Below are positions 61,318 through 64,000 of a stretch of DNA of 64,000 nucleotides, piece by piece. The translations under genes were made by a program, and so were the position numbers. The notes beneath the pieces are model-generated. The model ran no database searches and was not told the origin of the DNA. It saw only the letters and a list, made by a program, of their open reading frames with translations. How positions within the stretch are numbered: position 1 is the first letter of the stretch; each line of letters opens with the position of its first letter. Source of the DNA: Azolla caroliniana (Eukaryota > Plantae > Polypodiophyta); assembly GCA_043228905.1 (NCBI GenBank), contig JBHGNT010000011.1, positions 8,928,001 through 8,992,000 on the forward strand, written 5' to 3'.

Positions 61318-64000
61318 ATGGAGCGATGGCGGAACTTCTTCAGCAGAGGCAACGCTGATATCTGGACCATCATCGAGAAGGCCATCATTGTGGCTGCTGT
61401 CTATCACCCTGAGGATTTCAAGAAGAAGCGAGGTGAGATCGCTGAAACATTATTCTCGAGGACCCTTGTGGATGAGACGGCCAACAGATCTGTTGAGAGA
61501 TTAACCCAGAAAGGTCACGATGAGTTCCTTCTAGAAGAAGGCGAACTCAGAGATGAAAAAGGAATAGCGAAAGGAGAAGCTAACAAGGCTGAAGAGGCAG
61601 AAGAAAAAGAAGGAAGGATGTGTTTTGATGCCATTAAAGATGACGATCCTTGTTCTAATCCGGATCAAGAAGGCCTTCTAAGGCAGAAGATTGAAAAGAT
61701 TAGACAGATAATTGAAGACGAGAATCAAGTAAGAGCTTTTTGCTTTCACGTTACACAAATTTCTAAATCGATTTCTGCGAAGCTGTTGTCTTTTCCTAAA
61801 TCCAATTGTTGCCATTGTAAGAATTAAACTTTGTTTAATCTCCGTTTCAGTCTCTCTTTTCTTCTTCTCATGCAGCCAGAGAGAGTTCTTCTTGCGGCAT
61901 TGCAGAACTTGGAAAACATCAATATCACAGTCAGTGCTTTGAAGGTGTGAGAAGTGTTGCCCACCCATTCTCTTATTCCTTCCTTTTTTTACTTGAAATG
62001 TGTTGCATTTCTTCCTTTTGTCAGTTGTAATACGGTTACTTCTGATGATTATCAGAAATAGCCGTAGTTGTGAGGATCCCATAGTGTTTGATGTTGCATT
62101 TTGAATCAAAGAGGTTCTCACAATGTCATACATAAACAAATAGAAGCAAATTCTCTCTTGTGGAAAGCCAAACAAAGATTTATAACTCACATGTACAACA
62201 GTGAATAGAATTGGATCAACAGAAACAATGCCCTCACTCTATGCCTTCTTTGAATTCTCAGTGCACATGTATCACTTGTATTCTTTTCCCTTTATCGGGT
62301 GTAATTCAGCTTCTTTTTTCTAGGTTACTGAAATTGGAAGACAAGTTAATAACTTGCGCAAACATTCGTCAAAGCAAGTTCGAGTTATTGTCAAGAGGCT
62401 AGTAAAGTAAGTGCCAAACTTTGCTGCCGATCATGTGACATTATATGTAGCTCTGGCACATACATTTGGCATGTGCACATTTATGTATCTCTTTTGATGC
62501 AGCATCATATATCTGTACTGTGCATGCATTCATCTACCCTCTCTCTATATGCGTGTGCCCATATGTATTTCTGGTATCTTTCTCTGTATATTGTTCTGCA
62601 AATGCGTGAACGAGATTTACTTGTGTGTATATATGCATGCATGTATAAAAGTATAAATTATAACTCATTCCGTGCAGTTCAATTCCAATGTGGTATCATT
62701 TTGTAGATATAACCATATTCTGATTGAAAGTCTAAGCATGTAGTTTGTTATCTGCAGATATTGGAAGTTACTAGTAGATCAGTGGGTAACCGTTGGAGAA
62801 GATCAACATGCGGTAGCTAGTGCAATTACATTGTCGGGTATCTATCTGCGCTTAAATCTATGTGTGCATTTTTCTCTGGAAAGATAGATAGATTACCTTC
62901 TTGCATGGAGAAATAAGACAAATGCTTTTCAGAGTGTAGAGATGTGCAGAAAGCCACAAATCCAGTGAAGGCATCGTCACATTTCTCATCTCCATCTACT
63001 GGTGGAGCTATAACCTCCTCAAGTGAGGTGTCACAGGTAAAATTTTAAAGCTTCTGTTACCCAAGCTGATCATTTTAGTGTTGTTTTGTTGCTATCAAAA
63101 TGAACTTTGGATTGGAAAACATGAAGCACTCATTAGTCTTTTTCTATGGGATTATTCTTGTAGCAGCTTCTCAGCTCTTTTGATGGAGGATTGCGTAAGT
63201 GTAAAAGACACCCATTACGATCTACAGAACATTTTGATTATTCACCAGGCATTGTTCTCATTCTGTCTATTAATGACAGAAGAACGAACCAAAAGCTGTG
63301 AGGTGGAAGCTCCCATCAATGGCAGTTTCTATGGCTCATCCAGCTCACAATCAGCGGTCATGCGAACTGACTCTAGCGATTGTGATGCTAAACTTAATAA
63401 TGGTTTAGGGACCCCCGGAGAAATGGGCAGTGCAACTAGAGATAACTACTCTTCAGGTAGTACTGAGAAAGTATGCAAATCATTTGCACGAGAGTCAATT
63501 AACTGGCATGATACTGGGTTGAGACATATTAGTGGGCTTCCCCTTGTGAAGCCTTCCACCTCAGCAAGGCCTTTGGGTGAATCAAAGGTAGTGTTAATGT
63601 ATAGATCGGTGGTAAAAGATAGACCTATTCGAGGCTTACCAAACATAAATCGGAGGCACACCTCAGATAAAGATGGTAGTGGGGACCATGTTAATTCAAG
63701 GTCATCGATTGATAAGGTAAGCTCCGGAATAACAAAAATTTCTTGAATGAACTTCTTGTTATGATGCTTATCTAGATCTCTATAAATGTCAATGTGAAAA
63801 ATCAGAATGATTTTCAGAAAGTCGAGAAGAGTCAAGTTGATCAAAAACTAGAGGTTGCCAAAAGGAAGCTGCATGAAGGGTATCAACAAGCGGAAAGTGG
63901 TGAGTAATAATTACCTTAATAAGTGGAGCACTCCCGGTTATTGGTAGGGAACTGCTAATAACAAGGTCCCCTCTTTTTTTGTTGTCTCAGCAAAGAAGCA
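61318..64000 (+). CDS. MED26/TFIIS N-terminal domain protein (Mediator subunit 26-like), 3' end outside the window
   Basis: Exons 61318-61728 (MERWRNFFSRGNADIWTIIEKAIIVAA..KRGEIAETLFS), 61876-61944 (..LENINITVSALK), 62324-62406 (VTEIGRQVNNLRKH), 62758 onward (YWKLLVDQWV), and near 63840 KLEVAKRKLHEGYQQAES followed by AKK at the window end. Confidence 0.9.

Overview
This is eukaryotic land-plant genomic DNA with spliced GT-AG genes, many microsatellites and dense transposon nests. The Tcn1-like chromovirus and the LINE types suggest a non-seed plant such as a fern, which is an inference. Four host genes are supported. (1) A GARP/G2-like SHLQMYR MYB factor with a C-terminal EAR-like motif (876-2452, +). 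(2) An M3A oligopeptidase A with intact HEFGH and, unusually, a signal-peptide-like N-terminus (18818-4535, -). (3) A PAT22-like DHHC S-acyltransferase with an apparent +1 frameshift in a C8 run (41465-45898, +). (4) A MED26/TFIIS-N domain gene running off the window end (61318 onward, +). Between and inside these genes lie Copia and Gypsy LTR elements nested at about 23.8-40.1 kb and 47-52 kb, RTE-like LINE pieces and hAT-type MITEs. The most notable observation is antisense tRNA-like A-box/B-box cassettes in the U3 regions of three different Gypsy LTRs. Also notable are a very young gag-only LTR element with a tRNA-Trp PBS and 4-bp TSD, the probably secreted oligopeptidase A, and a 3' stem-loop shared by several LINE families. 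All calls were made by reading the sequence; no database searches were run.
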